Counted from the first letter of the whole stretch, positions 21,876-34,427 are shown. The stretch: 63,127 nt of DNA, filler included, from Globobulimina sp. (GCA_003354225.1; 14 parts of 14 records of this genome joined end to end with filler, not necessarily neighbours in it), one strand, 5' to 3'. Made by a program: numbers and translations. The notes: generated by a model from the letters alone, not told the origin.

Positions 21876-22763
21876 CTGTGATATAAAGAGCGCGTGCAAA
21901 TAACGTAATAATTTAATAATAAATTGGTTGTCTGATCAGATAATGTAATAATAATCAGATTAATATTTGTAATCAAAAGGTGTGCATTATTCACAAGATT
22001 TATTTAAGCTGGTTTTCATCGAAATGAATGATGAATAAAAAAAACAATGTCACAGAATTCTTTTGAAGTACTTTGATATACATTGAAATTAAAATTGTGA
22101 TGTATATGTTTTTGGACTTTGTAAAACCAACGCGTTCTGTTCCACAATGATCTCCTCGCATATTCATCATATATGCGAGTATAACACCATAAGAAGCCAC
22201 TTTTAAATTCCAAGTCATAGAATTTATTGATAACTACAAACAAATTGTGTACCAATTCAACGTTTCCTTTATTGATTTGACTCTCAAAAAATATCATCAA
22301 TTTAATTATAATTAATTGCACGCTTTTTATTTTCGTTTGTATGTAAAAATAATCATTATACGTAAAAATCTATTGTAGAAAATGTGAATAAATATAGAAT
22401 GTTATTCTAGACTGTTCGAAAGTAGCTTTAAGGAGTTGATCAAACTTTCTAATTTACAATTTTTGACGTTTCGACCCCATGAAGGAAGTCTTCGTCAGAA
22501 GNNNNNNNNNNNNNNNNNNNNNNNNNNNNNNNNNNNNNNNNNNNNTTAATTAATTAANNNNNNNNNNNNNNNNNNNNNNNNNNNNNNNNNNNNNNNNNNN
22601 NCATAATAAAAAAAGTTTAAATACTTCAACAGATTAAAAAAAATTAAACAAAACAAACATTCACAAAAACTTGTTACCGTGGCCACAATGCAAATTTCCG
22701 TACAGTTGTACAAATGTCCGAGAAATCTATCCATTGCACGGATGTAGTATTTGCCCAAATCAG

Positions 22764-24269
22764 TCATGCACTATGTTTCCGGCCATATCGCGTCCTCACT
22801 TCATTGTGATTTGCTTTTTTCTTTCTTTCGTCAATATCAACATTATATCCATACTTAACTACAATTTTCTGCTGCAAAAACAACACATATGCCAGCTCCC
22901 ATAATGCAATATCATATTTATTATATTCTTTAATTTTCTCCACAATTTTATCCGACATTGTTTTCCTTGGTTTCTTTGCATTAACATTCGATTTTATACT
23001 TCCTTGCTTCGTATGTAAGGCCCAAAACACTTTTAATTGTTCCACGCTCTCCGCCAAATGTTCCGTCAATCCGACCCATCCCATTTGCAATAAATGCAGT
23101 CGGGCAATCTTATACTGTCCAAATGTGACATTCAAACCATTGAAAATGTCCGGTGACTGTGCTTGTTCTCTCCTTGGCCATGGATTCAAATCCTTATCCA
23201 TAACATCTATATACTTCTTGCTGTACCATGCTCTCTGATGGCAGCCAGATATAAATTGCACCAAACACTCAGCAGATTCTTCAAACCATGAAATCCAATC
23301 ATATAAATCCCGTTGAATCGCCCATTTATGATTTTCATCCTTAGCACCACTTCGATGATAAAAATAATGCGACGGTACACGAGTCAATGGATGACGAAGG
23401 ATGGTGACATAGGTAAAGTTTACACGCGGTTTCCAGATTATATCCGTCGGGTTTTTCCGCAGTGTATCAATTTGCTCCGGACTTAAAAATAACAAATCCG
23501 TTCCATATGCTGCATGGCCGTATAACACCTGCGGGAACGCTTGTTTTTTTGGTGTGGGTTTGCGTTTATTTATCTCTCTGTTTATGTGTATATTTTTGCG
23601 CAATCTCCGTCTGTTCCTGTGCGGATAGTGTATGTTATCAAACATATTTGGTGTCATGTTGTCAGGCACCCAGAGGTGGAGGGTTTTTTTGTGTGAACTG
23701 CTGGTTAGCCACTTACCAAAACCAGTGCCGCCAGTTTTGGGTATATGGATGTATAATATTGGCTGCGTCATATGTGTGTGTTTGAGTGCGCTTAGGTATG
23801 AGAGGCGTTGTGCTAATATTTCAACTTCATTTGGGTGTAGGTCTAAGGAGAGGGATATGTTTATCATGGCTTGTAATAGGATGAAGCAATCGGAGGGGAA
23901 GGAGGCATTGTTTTGGTTAGTGTTGCAAATCGGATCTAGGTATTTATGGAAGATCGTAGCTAGTGTAGTTTGTTGGGATGCATATGTTGCGGATGTGGTG
24001 TCGATTTGTGATATGTTGGTTATATTATCAATAGCTAAGCGACTTTTCCTTCTGATGTGTGTTATTTTATATAATGATATGTCAATGTGGATGAATATAT
24101 TTATGCTTTTACTAAACTGTCCAGTGATAGGTATTGTGTTTGCATTATGGAGTTGCTTATCTATATCACTATCGGATGCGGAATAAAATGAAATAATTGT
24201 CAAGATTATTGTGCATGATACTAAGAGTAAAACGAATCTATGTTTCGATTTGAGAGCAGACTCAACCAT
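22764..24269 (-). CDS. Golgi-type (type II membrane) sulfotransferase
   Basis: N-terminal TM; 5'-PSB 'YIHIPKTGGT'; 3'-PB 'TILRHPLTRVPSHYFY'; 'VGLTE', 'YNKYDIALW'. Confidence 0.88.
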   Translation of the reverse strand: MVESALKSKHRFVLLLVSCTIILTIISFYSASDSDIDKQLHNANTIPITGQFSKSINIFIHIDISLYKITHIRRKSRLAIDNITNISQIDTTSATYASQQTTLATIFHKYLDPICNTNQNNASFPSDCFILLQAMINISLSLDLHPNEVEILAQRLSYLSALKHTHMTQPILYIHIPKTGGTGFGKWLTSSSHKKTLHLWVPDNMTPNMFDNIHYPHRNRRRLRKNIHINREINKRKPTPKKQAFPQVLYGHAAYGTDLLFLSPEQIDTLRKNPTDIIWKPRVNFTYVTILRHPLTRVPSHYFYHRSGAKDENHKWAIQRDLYDWISWFEESAECLVQFISGCHQRAWYSKKYIDVMDKDLNPWPRREQAQSPDIFNGLNVTFGQYKIARLHLLQMGWVGLTEHLAESVEQLKVFWALHTKQGSIKSNVNAKKPRKTMSDKIVEKIKEYNKYDIALWELAYVLFLQQKIVVKYGYNVDIDERKKKANHNEVRTRYGRKHSA

Positions 24270-24501
24270 GCTGAAGCCTGAAGGATTGGACTGTGGAGTG
24301 ACAGGCAGGAGTTACTCCACAGTCCAAAATATAATAATATTATATAACATTTGCATCGATTGAACATGAAATCAGCAGTCGATACTTATATGAAAATCTC
24401 AACTAGTTAATTAAAATAATATTTTATTGTAATTTGCAATTGACACGTCATCATTCATCAAGTTATAATTCAATTTATAATTTGTTCTCACGCAGTCAAA
24501 T

Positions 24502-26320
24502 TCAGTTTGTATCTAATTTGCGTTTTTTTGTTGGTGGTGGCTCATCATAATTTTTATTTTCATCCTTCCTATCCTTCACATTCATGTCTTTCCAATGTTG
24601 CTTTGAAATCAAATTATCTGCTCCCTCAACCTTAAACATTGTCGCTTCCGTATGACTTCTATGCCGACTCACTCGATAAATATCAGACACCACATACTCT
24701 TTTTCATCACCATCCTTATCCTCATAGACATCATACTTTTTCTGCATGGATAACTTCTGCTTAATATCTTTCAAAATATTATAAAACACCATCAACTGTG
24801 CATTTTGATACGTTTCTGAGCCATAAAAATTGGAAACATCAAACTTTGTTAAGTTGGTAATCACTGTACACAACGTTTGAAATGTTTTCTGTGCTCGAAT
24901 AACAGTGGTCATTCCAGACAAAAAACACTGACTCCAAATCGATACGGGTTTATCATTTGAGCCAAATTTGATCTCCATCGGAACTCCGGCATCATCCAAG
25001 CAATCAATCTCTGCCAATAACAATAGCTTCAAATCACAAATATTCACTTCAAGCAAATGATAATAATCACTAGTTTTACACAGAGGAACACAAACATCCT
25101 CTTCTTGTTTCATCTTCATTTTAATCTCAGTCTCATTCTCCGGATCAAGCACATGAAACGGCAGTGGCCAATGCTCACTGTCAGCGTCACTCTCTTTGCT
25201 TTCTGCTGCAAACTTATCATCAAAATTGTTTTTTTTTTGTCCAATACAATGTAATTCCAATTGATATCCATAGTTATAAGGGGCATATTTTTTTGTAATG
25301 GGCACATCCTCAGCAAATATCACACCATTTATGCACTGAAAGTTTGTGTTTAACTGATCGCTGAAACTTAAAATACGTTTCACTGAGCGACGTAAACTGA
25401 CAAAATCATATTTTGTAACATCAATCTCATATTTTAATGCAGCAAAAGCAACCACCGATATTGGCACCAATAATGGGAATTTATAGGGTCGTTTTGGTTC
25501 ATTTCGATGTCTCCACATTCTAAATGGTGTGGTGGGCGATGCATAAACTGGGATATCATTGGCAGGAATCGATACATGTTTGATAATATCAGCCATACTG
25601 CGGTCAGTGTCGTCTTCCAGTCTGCAGTGAGCAAATTATTTGTTATTTGTATGAGAAATTGCAAAGAAAAATTCACCAAAAATGGAAAAAACCAAACTGT
25701 TGCAGATTCCAATTACAATCGCCTAAATATTTGACGTTGAATTGGTCTAAAATGGAGGTTTCGATATGAGTTAATTTCAGTGGAGGTCCGACTTCATAAC
25801 CATCGACATAGATTCTCTTGTCATTATCTGGATTGTTGTTATTTTGGTCGTTGTTGTCGGTGTTGGTGTTTGTTGTGTTATTGATTTTAAACAAGGCATC
25901 TTTGCGTAACGCCATCAAAGGAATATCTGATATGATTTTAGATAATGTTTGTTGTTCAGTGTACCGATCCCATTTTTTATTAAATCTTTCGATATCTCGA
26001 GGTGAGTGGGAAAGATTTAATTCATTTTCAAATTTTTGGTTTCGATAGTAATCATTTTTATTGTTGTTGTAAGAACGATTGTTGTTATAACCGCTACCTC
26101 CACGCGTTCGATTATTGTTTCTGTTGTGGTTTCTGTTATAATTTCTGTGATGCGATGTTCCACCACGTCGACCTCTACCACGATAGCCTCCTTTATGGCC
26201 TCTTCCTCGTCCTCTCCTTCTGTTGTTCCCCCGGTAATTTCGGTTGTTATAACGTTGGCCTCCACGACCACCTCTGTGTAGGACATGGTTACCTCTTCCT
26301 GTTCTTTGTTGGGAAGACAT
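24502..26320 (-). CDS. RAI1/DXO-like PD-(D/E)xK decapping nuclease with an RGG-rich N-terminus; intron 25622-25697
   Basis: 'DFVSLRRSV', 'YGYQLE', 'LAEIDC', 'EIK', 'WSQCFLSG'; GTTTGG...CTGCAG intron joins ORF 25673-26335 in frame. Confidence 0.72.
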
Positions 26321-26495
26321 GATGCTATTAAACACTGCTTAATTCACTATTATAAATGCGAAAATCGTTATAAAATTTTGCAAGGATATTGTTTTTCTGG
26401 CTCTAGTAACAACGCGCCACACTTAATTTAGTACATTGCCATATTTTCAAACAACAGGTCATAAACAATAGTTACAAACAGTACTGGTATATTGG

Positions 26496-27019
26496 TTATT
26501 GTCTATTATTTCTAAATTGGTTCCCTTGTGCAGCTAACCAAGACCTTGTCCTCCGTCCATCAATAAACTTCTCCGGTTGTTTCAATGCATTGACCGCACC
26601 GCCAATGGATTTAAATACCACAAAGCCATACCCTTTACTTCTATTCGTCAACTTATCTTTGACAATGGTACAATCCTCCAATTCACCATATTGACTTAAT
26701 ACATTTTCCAATGTTTCATCCGATGTTGAATATGACAACGATGACACGAATATTCTCCTTTGTTCCAATGGACCGCCGATAACTCCCACTTGCTGCTGCT
26801 GCGCATGCTGTTGTTGCTGTGGTTGGTGTATTAATTGTTGCGGTTGTTCAGAGCCTTCAAACTCATAACAACACGACGCATTATAATTTGTATTGGATAC
26901 ATTATCATGAACACCAACGGAAACGGCTGATTGCGCAAACGTATAATTATCGTACGTTATTAATGCGGAGTTTATCGACGGGAAACATTCAATACGTCGG
27001 ATATTACCATACTGACTGA
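26496..27019 (-). CDS. RRM RNA-binding protein (5'-truncated)
   Basis: RNP2 'IFVSSL', RNP1 'KGYGFVVF'; Q/P-rich upstream sequence. Confidence 0.85.
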
Positions 27020-27201
27020 NNNNNNNNNNNNNNNNNNNNNNNNNNNNNNNNNNNNNNNNNNNNTTAATTAATTAANNNNNNNNNNNNNNNNNNNNNNNNN
27101 NNNNNNNNNNNNNNNNNNNCATATCAATGTGACATAGCTTGTTTTGTTTCTTTTTTTATTTTTATTTTTATGTGCATCGATAGCTGCACATTTTTTTGTC
27201 A

Positions 27202-28695
27202 ATGAATAGTCAACGAGAGCCATTTAGTACAATCCCATCTAGCTGTACATGTATACCCGTATTCGCTACAAATTCGTTATCTACAACATCCACAAATAAC
27301 TATGGCTCAAATGTGATGAATAATAATTATAATTATGGGTATGCTGAACCATCTCAATCATCGTTAAACACAAATAATTATAATCCAAATTATAGTAACT
27401 ACAATAATAATAATCATATTAATACGAGTAACTTATGTATGTCAAATGGAATGCATGATCATTGTATGTACAGTAGTCTGTTTATGTGCATTCTCCGCAT
27501 TGCTGATCTGTTTCTGACAAACCACCGTAAACAAAACATGTAAAACACTAAAACACAAAACACAGATGATGCAGATCATTATTATACAGATGATTTTGGC
27601 AGCAATTTTGAAATGTTAGTAAATTCATGTCATAATAATTTTTCGTTTGCTAACAACAGCAATGTGAATCTAAATTCGTCTGTTAATACCTCTGCGACTA
27701 CCACAGCGATGTCGTCATGCAGATCATCAGTGGATTTGTCAATATCCAATAACAATCTAACTGTATGCAATGCCAATGTATATAATAATCAATTTTATGG
27801 CAATGATAACGCTCCCAATGACCGACTAAATGTAATGCCACAAATTAGTACTAATAATAATGAGAGAATTATGCCTGGAATTCCATCCATTCCTTCATTT
27901 GACCAAACGCCAACCAATACAAATAATATGTGTTATTTAGGTGTTACAAATGAACCACAACAGTCACAAGGTTTTTTTGATCACGATCGACAACGACAAC
28001 CGCAACAACAACAACATGTACAGAAACAACAGCAACATGTACAACAAAATGATTTTAAATTATTCTCATTAACCTCCAATAATAATAATCATCCATTTAT
28101 CAAACCGAGTAATTTTATATATCCAACCTATAAACAGAAATATGTGAATAGTGCGACATACTCGGCGTCACCTTATAATATTAAGAATGAATTATATCGT
28201 CATATCCATCAAAAAGAGATTATTAATAATAATAACGAGGTAAAAATTAAAGGTTCAAATTTTGAATCATTAGTAACGAAATTGACCGCTTTTGGTGATA
28301 CTGCGCGTTGTATTGAATGTGGACATTCTTTTTATGAAAAATGTCATTTATTAGCCCATATTCGAGAAATCCATTTGGTTCGCTCCGCTTTGCATGAATG
28401 TCCATTTTGTATCAAAACATTTAATCAGAAATCCAATTTAGATACACATTGTATGACCCATGCAAAAGATAGAAAATTTAGCCATCCATTTAAATGTATT
28501 ATTTGTATTAAACAAGGCAAAGATAGATGTTTTACAAGGAAATCATCGCTGAAACGACATTGCCAGACCAAACATAAAAATGTCAATGTTGAGTGTGAAT
28601 GGATAGATAAGCAACAAACACCTAAATGGAATCAGAAATTAAAAACATTTGTCTTCAATCCTGTTAAAAATAAAATTAATATTACTCCAAAATAA
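27202..28695 (+). CDS. C2H2 zinc-finger transcription factor with N/Q-rich N-terminus; intron 27464-27565
   Basis: Three fingers (CIECGHSF..H..H, CPFCIKTFNQKSNLDTHCMTH, CIIC..SLKRHCQTKH); GTATGT...ACACAG intron restores the frame. Confidence 0.88.
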
Positions 28696-29133
28696 CAAAA
28701 AAACATTCAAATATTTGTAAAATGATTAGACATTTTCTTGTTTTTTTTAATCACACTTTCGTATATTTTTATAATTATATTTTTAGTTTTTCCGTTACAT
28801 CGTTTTTTTTTTATTCCCTGCGTGAAACCCTTTTTTTGTTAGTTTTTCGCCTTACTTTTTAGTTTTGAAAGTTTTTTATGGCATTGTAATTTTTTTCGTT
28901 GTTAAATAATGCCTATTTTTAAGTTATAGAGTAATTGATAAGTATCAACTGAACTGTACATAAATAATAATATGTAGTCATCTCCTTGCCTCAACGATGC
29001 GTTCCGATCGTTTTTTGATTCGGATTTCGGCTTTGCGCTCACTCGAAGAAGGTGGTTATTCACGCGGTTATCTATCAAAAGCAAAACCCAGCGTTAAACT
29101 GAATTTATAGTAATATACAGTATAGAACATCAC

Positions 29134-30408
29134 ATGAAAAACATCTTACTACCATGGATGTTTGGGCTCTTAATTGTCGGTGGTTTCGTGTATATCTTAA
29201 TCTCATTGTTTGCTGATTCTAAAAAACTAATTTATATGAATTGGAATCCAAATTCTACAATTTTGTTACCGTCACATTTTGAGTTTCAAACAGAAAGCGT
29301 TTTATACTACAATCCAATATTTGATGAACAATGTCGAAATGCCATAATCAACAAAGAATCAATTGACACAAATGCATTGTTACAAAACTTTACATCAACC
29401 CGATGCCGCATTGATTTTAATAATTTAGACAGTAATCTGTTAATATGGTCCCGCGAAGCCATTGATGCTATTTCGAAGAATAACTGCTATTTCACACGAA
29501 CAAATATGATAATACCTTATCCGAATTCAGTTAAATTCAAAGCGAACACTGAAGAAACATTGAGATTGCCAATTTATTATCAGATTGAAAAAGCTGGCTC
29601 ATCGTCGATTCGTTTTATGCTAAACAACAATTTTTTCCTTTCAAATAGAAACGAATCATTTGCAAATGCTATTTTCCACCCTGTCGGCATGCGGAATATT
29701 GATAGTAAGCCTGTGCAAATCCACAGTGACTGCGGATATACATTTGTTCGAAATCCTATTCATCGGTTAATATCTGGTTATTACCAGGTTCACAAAGTCT
29801 TGTTTGAGAACAAGTTTTTTGGCGCTACTTTTTATAATCACTCAACAATCCGCGGCAAGGAATTCGTATTTCTTTCTGTATTCGGAGAGCCACAAAGATT
29901 TATTGCCTTTGTTGAAGAAATGATAAATGATTCGTATATATTTACAAATACTTATCCAATGACACATATTGCTTCCATGATTGGTAGAACATTCACAGTA
30001 TTTCGAGAGAGTGACATTCATTTTATTGGTAAAATTGAATATTTCGAGCAACATTGGAATGAATTAATGAAACATTGTGAGTGGTTCAGACAGCATCAAA
30101 AATATGAAAATATTTCTATTTATCATCGGCAGGATAATTCCAAAAGTTTACCAAACAAACCAGCAAACTTTGTAAGTGTTTTGAGCTTGGAATCATATCT
30201 AAATTGTATGCATATGCAAAATTCAGAGGGAAACGAAAAACGGAAATGTTTATCTCCACCACATTTTATCCTTGCAAATGACAAACAATTATATGATAAA
30301 GTGGCCAATTATTACCTTCAAGATTTTACATGTTTTGGCTATGAAGCAAATTGGATAGATTTTAAAAGTAAGGTTGAATTAGCTGCCAACAGTTTTTCAG
30401 TGACTTGA
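29134..30408 (+). CDS. Golgi-type sulfotransferase
   Basis: N-terminal TM; 'IEKAGSSSI'; 'TFVRNPIHRLISGY'; 'FIGKIE'; 'YYLQDFTCFGY'. Confidence 0.88.
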   Translation: MKNILLPWMFGLLIVGGFVYILISLFADSKKLIYMNWNPNSTILLPSHFEFQTESVLYYNPIFDEQCRNAIINKESIDTNALLQNFTSTRCRIDFNNLDSNLLIWSREAIDAISKNNCYFTRTNMIIPYPNSVKFKANTEETLRLPIYYQIEKAGSSSIRFMLNNNFFLSNRNESFANAIFHPVGMRNIDSKPVQIHSDCGYTFVRNPIHRLISGYYQVHKVLFENKFFGATFYNHSTIRGKEFVFLSVFGEPQRFIAFVEEMINDSYIFTNTYPMTHIASMIGRTFTVFRESDIHFIGKIEYFEQHWNELMKHCEWFRQHQKYENISIYHRQDNSKSLPNKPANFVSVLSLESYLNCMHMQNSEGNEKRKCLSPPHFILANDKQLYDKVANYYLQDFTCFGYEANWIDFKSKVELAANSFSVT

Positions 30409-30562
30409 AAATACTCACATTTCCATAGTTAGTTAATTTTAGTTTGATTGATTAGTTCGATTTACATCAATAATTATTTGATAGGGTTAAACGGAGTAGA
30501 ATTGACTATTATGATCAGCATTATGATGTGAGAAAGATTTGAAATATTTCGTTGAATCGAAA

Positions 30563-31360
30563 ATGAACAAACAATGCTTAACATTACAAAATATTATAAA
30601 TACTTACCAAACCAATGTAAAATCAATGGAGGATAAAATTAAAAAATTGTATCCAAAGATTAAGAATGATGTAAATGATTATTATATACAAAGAAGGATT
30701 ATGCAGAAAAAATTAGATAAAATCAAATCACTTGAAAAATATAATTCAAATCACACCATCAAATTAGCGCTGGCATCCAAGGAAGAGATTAAATGGAACC
30801 AATTGAATGAAGAAAATAAATGTTTAAAAGAAGAAATTATTAAAACACAAGAAATGAGAGATAAACAATGTGAAACATTAATTAATGAAAAAAATGATAT
30901 TTTGAGACTATTACTTGAAGAAAGAACACAAACAGATAAACTTAATGATACTATTCAAGATTGTAAATATGAAAATAAAATGCTTAAAAATAAAACATAT
31001 GAAACTAATAAGAATGAAAAAAATGATGAATATGAATCATACAATCAATATAAAATTAACATGACAAACATTAATAAAAATATTAACAAATTGGCAGTGG
31101 ATATATCATATGGCAGTGGACAATATTGTGAATTGACGGAATTATTAAAGAGGCAGTCAAGAGAAACTAATCAAGTTTTAAATGAGTTAAAATTGAATAA
31201 AAACATGATAGATAAACATGAGGAAACAATACAAGATCTATTGTATGAAAAAAGGAAAATATTTAAATGTTTGGTGGAAGAAAAAAGCAAAACAATATCA
31301 ATTCAGAATGAATTGGATGATAAAAAACAAAGACTTGTGAGATTGCAAAGAGAACAATAA
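30563..31360 (+). CDS. Coiled-coil protein (E/K/N-rich)
   Basis: Open frame with heptad-like pattern; 5' structure uncertain. Confidence 0.55.
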   Translation: MNKQCLTLQNIINTYQTNVKSMEDKIKKLYPKIKNDVNDYYIQRRIMQKKLDKIKSLEKYNSNHTIKLALASKEEIKWNQLNEENKCLKEEIIKTQEMRDKQCETLINEKNDILRLLLEERTQTDKLNDTIQDCKYENKMLKNKTYETNKNEKNDEYESYNQYKINMTNINKNINKLAVDISYGSGQYCELTELLKRQSRETNQVLNELKLNKNMIDKHEETIQDLLYEKRKIFKCLVEEKSKTISIQNELDDKKQRLVRLQREQ

Positions 31361-31637
31361 GATAATGTTAATATTGTCGTTTGATTAGAAAGCTGTTTCT
31401 GGAAACGGTATGTACCGATATTATTACATTTTCAGTTTTTATAACAACAAGTTGTACGAAATTTCATATACAATTCTAAATATAACTTTTTTGTTTGAAA
31501 AAAGTTATTTTTTTTGTCATCCATAAAAGGCAGTGATNNNNNNNNNNNNNNNNNNNNNNNNNNNNNNNNNNNNNNNNNNNNTTAATTAATTAANNNNNNN
31601 NNNNNNNNNNNNNNNNNNNNNNNNNNNNNNNNNNNNN

Positions 31638-31697
31638 CGATGAGAGCATTTTATTCAATAAGATTTGGGTTCAAATCCCAATTATCACAGTTTTTTT
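31638..31697 (+). tRNA. Degenerate tRNA-like 3' half (pseudo-tRNA or tRNA-derived element)
   Basis: Perfect T-arm TTGGG-TTCAAAT-CCCAA (31665-31681), 7-nt acceptor strand, then T7 Pol III-like terminator; anticodon/variable region is shortened and the 5' end is cut off. Confidence 0.4.
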
Positions 31698-32013
31698 AAG
31701 TTTTTTAAGGTTTTAGCCAATCGTGTGTGTGTTTTTCGTTTCTATTTTATTTGGTATTTATGCAATAAAATAGAAAACGTTTTTATTTTATTTGGTAGTT
31801 ATACAATAAAGTGACTTTTATAGTATACGAATAAAACTTTTTTACAGGCGTTGTTTGTGATAAAAAACTCCTAACCAAACAACTCGCGAATTTGTGGATT
31901 TTAAAAACAGTGCAGAAACAAAGCATTTGTACAAAAAAACTCTTTGATCATTGTTACGTTGTTTGAACTGTGTTTGTACTTTGTAGGCGTTTGAAATAAT
32001 AAAATACTAAACA

Positions 32014-32820
32014 ATGACAACGAATAATAATTCACCATGGAAATTAACAATAACACGTGCAAAGCAGCGTAGTTGGTCAGCGGGTAATGGACCAAAGCCA
32101 AAAGTATTCCTTTTTTCACACGATACAAGATATAAATCATATACTCGATGGGAACATAAATTAAAAAATGTTTCAGTTATAACAAACCTTAAAGTTGAGA
32201 AAACGGATAAATTTACATTAGCTCCCGGTGATTCGTACACTGTCGTCTTAAAAATTAGAGGAATTGCTGAAAAAACAATGGGTACAATTGATTGTGTAAC
32301 GCCTCTCATTAGTTATAATCCAAAAGGGTGGTTGGGAAATATTACAAAAAGTGATGTTTATGTTAAAGTGTATTTATATGAAAAACCATCTGGAATATCA
32401 TCGACCAATGCATACCAATCAGCTGCTGACAGTTATAACATATTTATGAGTGAATTGCGATGTATTTGGAAAAAAGAAATAAGCGATATATTAATTACTG
32501 ATAAAATAATAAACGAAAAAGTTGTGAACAAAGATAAAGATTTACATATGAAGCAAATGTATGAATTATGCCAGTCGCTACATAAAAGAAGTAGATCTGA
32601 ACAGGGTTGGAATGACATGCAAACGGCATTTAATACGTCATTTGGTCAAATGGCTCAAATGAAGAATAAAAATAATAATTCAAACCGAAATAATCATTGG
32701 AATTCCAGTGGAAATCATCCCGGGAATGTTAGCAATAATTACATGACACCACAACAACAGCAACCTTCTAATACATACAATTTACGATCGCGATCGCAAT
32801 CACGTCGTAAAACATTGTAA
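32014..32820 (+). CDS. Hypothetical protein, 268 aa (beta-rich N-domain, N/Q-rich basic tail)
   Basis: Intact ORF with host-like composition; no motif recognised. Confidence 0.65.
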   Translation: MTTNNNSPWKLTITRAKQRSWSAGNGPKPKVFLFSHDTRYKSYTRWEHKLKNVSVITNLKVEKTDKFTLAPGDSYTVVLKIRGIAEKTMGTIDCVTPLISYNPKGWLGNITKSDVYVKVYLYEKPSGISSTNAYQSAADSYNIFMSELRCIWKKEISDILITDKIINEKVVNKDKDLHMKQMYELCQSLHKRSRSEQGWNDMQTAFNTSFGQMAQMKNKNNNSNRNNHWNSSGNHPGNVSNNYMTPQQQQPSNTYNLRSRSQSRRKTL

Positions 32821-32888
32821 TTTAATTAAATTGTTTGAACATTCTTAAAATTTAACTTTTTTTTTTGTTAAACAGTTTCTAAAATAAC

Positions 32889-34328
32889 ATGTCAGCAACA
32901 GTTGTCACCATCGACAAATTGATTAATGTTACAGAGGACTGCGACGTTGATACAAGCGATCGATTATTAAGCCAACCAGAATCCGTTGATTTAGTGAATG
33001 GATACATCAAAAACATAATGCAGGTTATTATTATTCCACATTGTTTGATTGAATTATCTTTTCAATTTTTTTATATCGATATCCAAGACTTGATTGCGTC
33101 CAAATCATACAATGAATTATATCAAATCGCAAGTGATTTATACGACAATGCCAATTATACCAAGGCGGTGTGCATAATACAACATTTACTCTCAAACAAA
33201 AACGACATTGATAATCATAAAGACGCCTTAATCCAACACATTTATGCATTAATTCTTGACGAATATAAAGATTATAAACGTTCCCGGATTCAATACCAAC
33301 GCGCCATAGTATTGGAGCCGCGCAATAATTGCATCTACGCCAATTATGGCTTATCATTACAGGAACAAAAGGAGTACAAAGAGGCAGAGACACAGTTTCT
33401 AAAAGCATTGGAATTGGTGGACGATAGGTATGATAGGCACAGTTTAGCCAAATTATATGAGGAAACAAAGCAGTTCGACAGAGCTGAAGAACAATATAAA
33501 ATTATCTGTACACATTCGGAAGGCTTAAATCCAAAATATATTCAATATTATGCAGATTATTTAAAACGAAATGACAAATATTGCGATGCTATAATTCAAT
33601 ATAAATATGTCATTAAGATGTTAGAAGTAGAGAGCGGTCCCAATAATGATATAAAATTAATGTACCTTCGCTTAGGGATTTGCTATAAGCGGCTGGATGA
33701 CTTTGTGAATGCGGAAATTTGCTTAAAAAAATGTTTGGAGATCGACGAGAATTATTTATTAGCGCACGATCACTGCGCCCATTGGTTTTATTGCCAGAAA
33801 CGTTATACCGAATCACTTGCGTATTATAAGAGATTAATAAAGCTGAGTCCCGATGATTGCGATTCGTATTATTGGACTGCTTTGAATTTGAGGGAGTTGG
33901 GGCGGTATAAAGAGAGTGAAATGTATTATAAAATATGTTTGAAAATGAATCCGATCTCAAAGAATGTGAATGGATCGTATGCGCATTGTCTGTATTTGAT
34001 GGATGATATGAAGGGAGCCATATTTTTTATGGGCATCGCGAAAAAATTAGATTCCGATAATGAATGGACGCATTATTATAATGCATTGTTGCTGAAGAAA
34101 TTAAATAAAAATAATGAATCGCAGCAAGCGTTTCAACAATGTTTGAAAATGAATGATAAAAACCATCGATGTAATTATCAGTATGCTTTGCATTTAATCG
34201 ATGAGAATAAATTGCAAGAATCATTGAAATATTTACAAGTTGCAAAGGAGCAGGAAAAGGATAATCAAGTGTATCATGAGAAATTCATAGAAATTGCCAA
34301 AAGGCAGTGTGACAGTGACAATGTGTAA
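32889..34328 (+). CDS. TPR-repeat protein with an N-terminal GYI(R/K)-IP motif
   Basis: Multiple 34-aa repeats ('YANYGLSLQEQKEYKEAETQFLKALEL', 'YLRLGICYKRLDDFVNAEICLKKCLEID'). Confidence 0.9.
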   Translation: MSATVVTIDKLINVTEDCDVDTSDRLLSQPESVDLVNGYIKNIMQVIIIPHCLIELSFQFFYIDIQDLIASKSYNELYQIASDLYDNANYTKAVCIIQHLLSNKNDIDNHKDALIQHIYALILDEYKDYKRSRIQYQRAIVLEPRNNCIYANYGLSLQEQKEYKEAETQFLKALELVDDRYDRHSLAKLYEETKQFDRAEEQYKIICTHSEGLNPKYIQYYADYLKRNDKYCDAIIQYKYVIKMLEVESGPNNDIKLMYLRLGICYKRLDDFVNAEICLKKCLEIDENYLLAHDHCAHWFYCQKRYTESLAYYKRLIKLSPDDCDSYYWTALNLRELGRYKESEMYYKICLKMNPISKNVNGSYAHCLYLMDDMKGAIFFMGIAKKLDSDNEWTHYYNALLLKKLNKNNESQQAFQQCLKMNDKNHRCNYQYALHLIDENKLQESLKYLQVAKEQEKDNQVYHEKFIEIAKRQCDSDNV

Positions 34329-34427
34329 TATCGTTTGACTTATGAGGAATCAGACACTTTTGTCAGTAATTTATTTTAGTTTGTACCACTCTGTGATGCT
34401 TTCGGTTCGTATTGTTTTTTGGAAACC

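Noticed and set aside
28960-29100. GC-richer intergenic patch
   Set aside because: No convincing structure or RNA-family motif; may be promoter sequence
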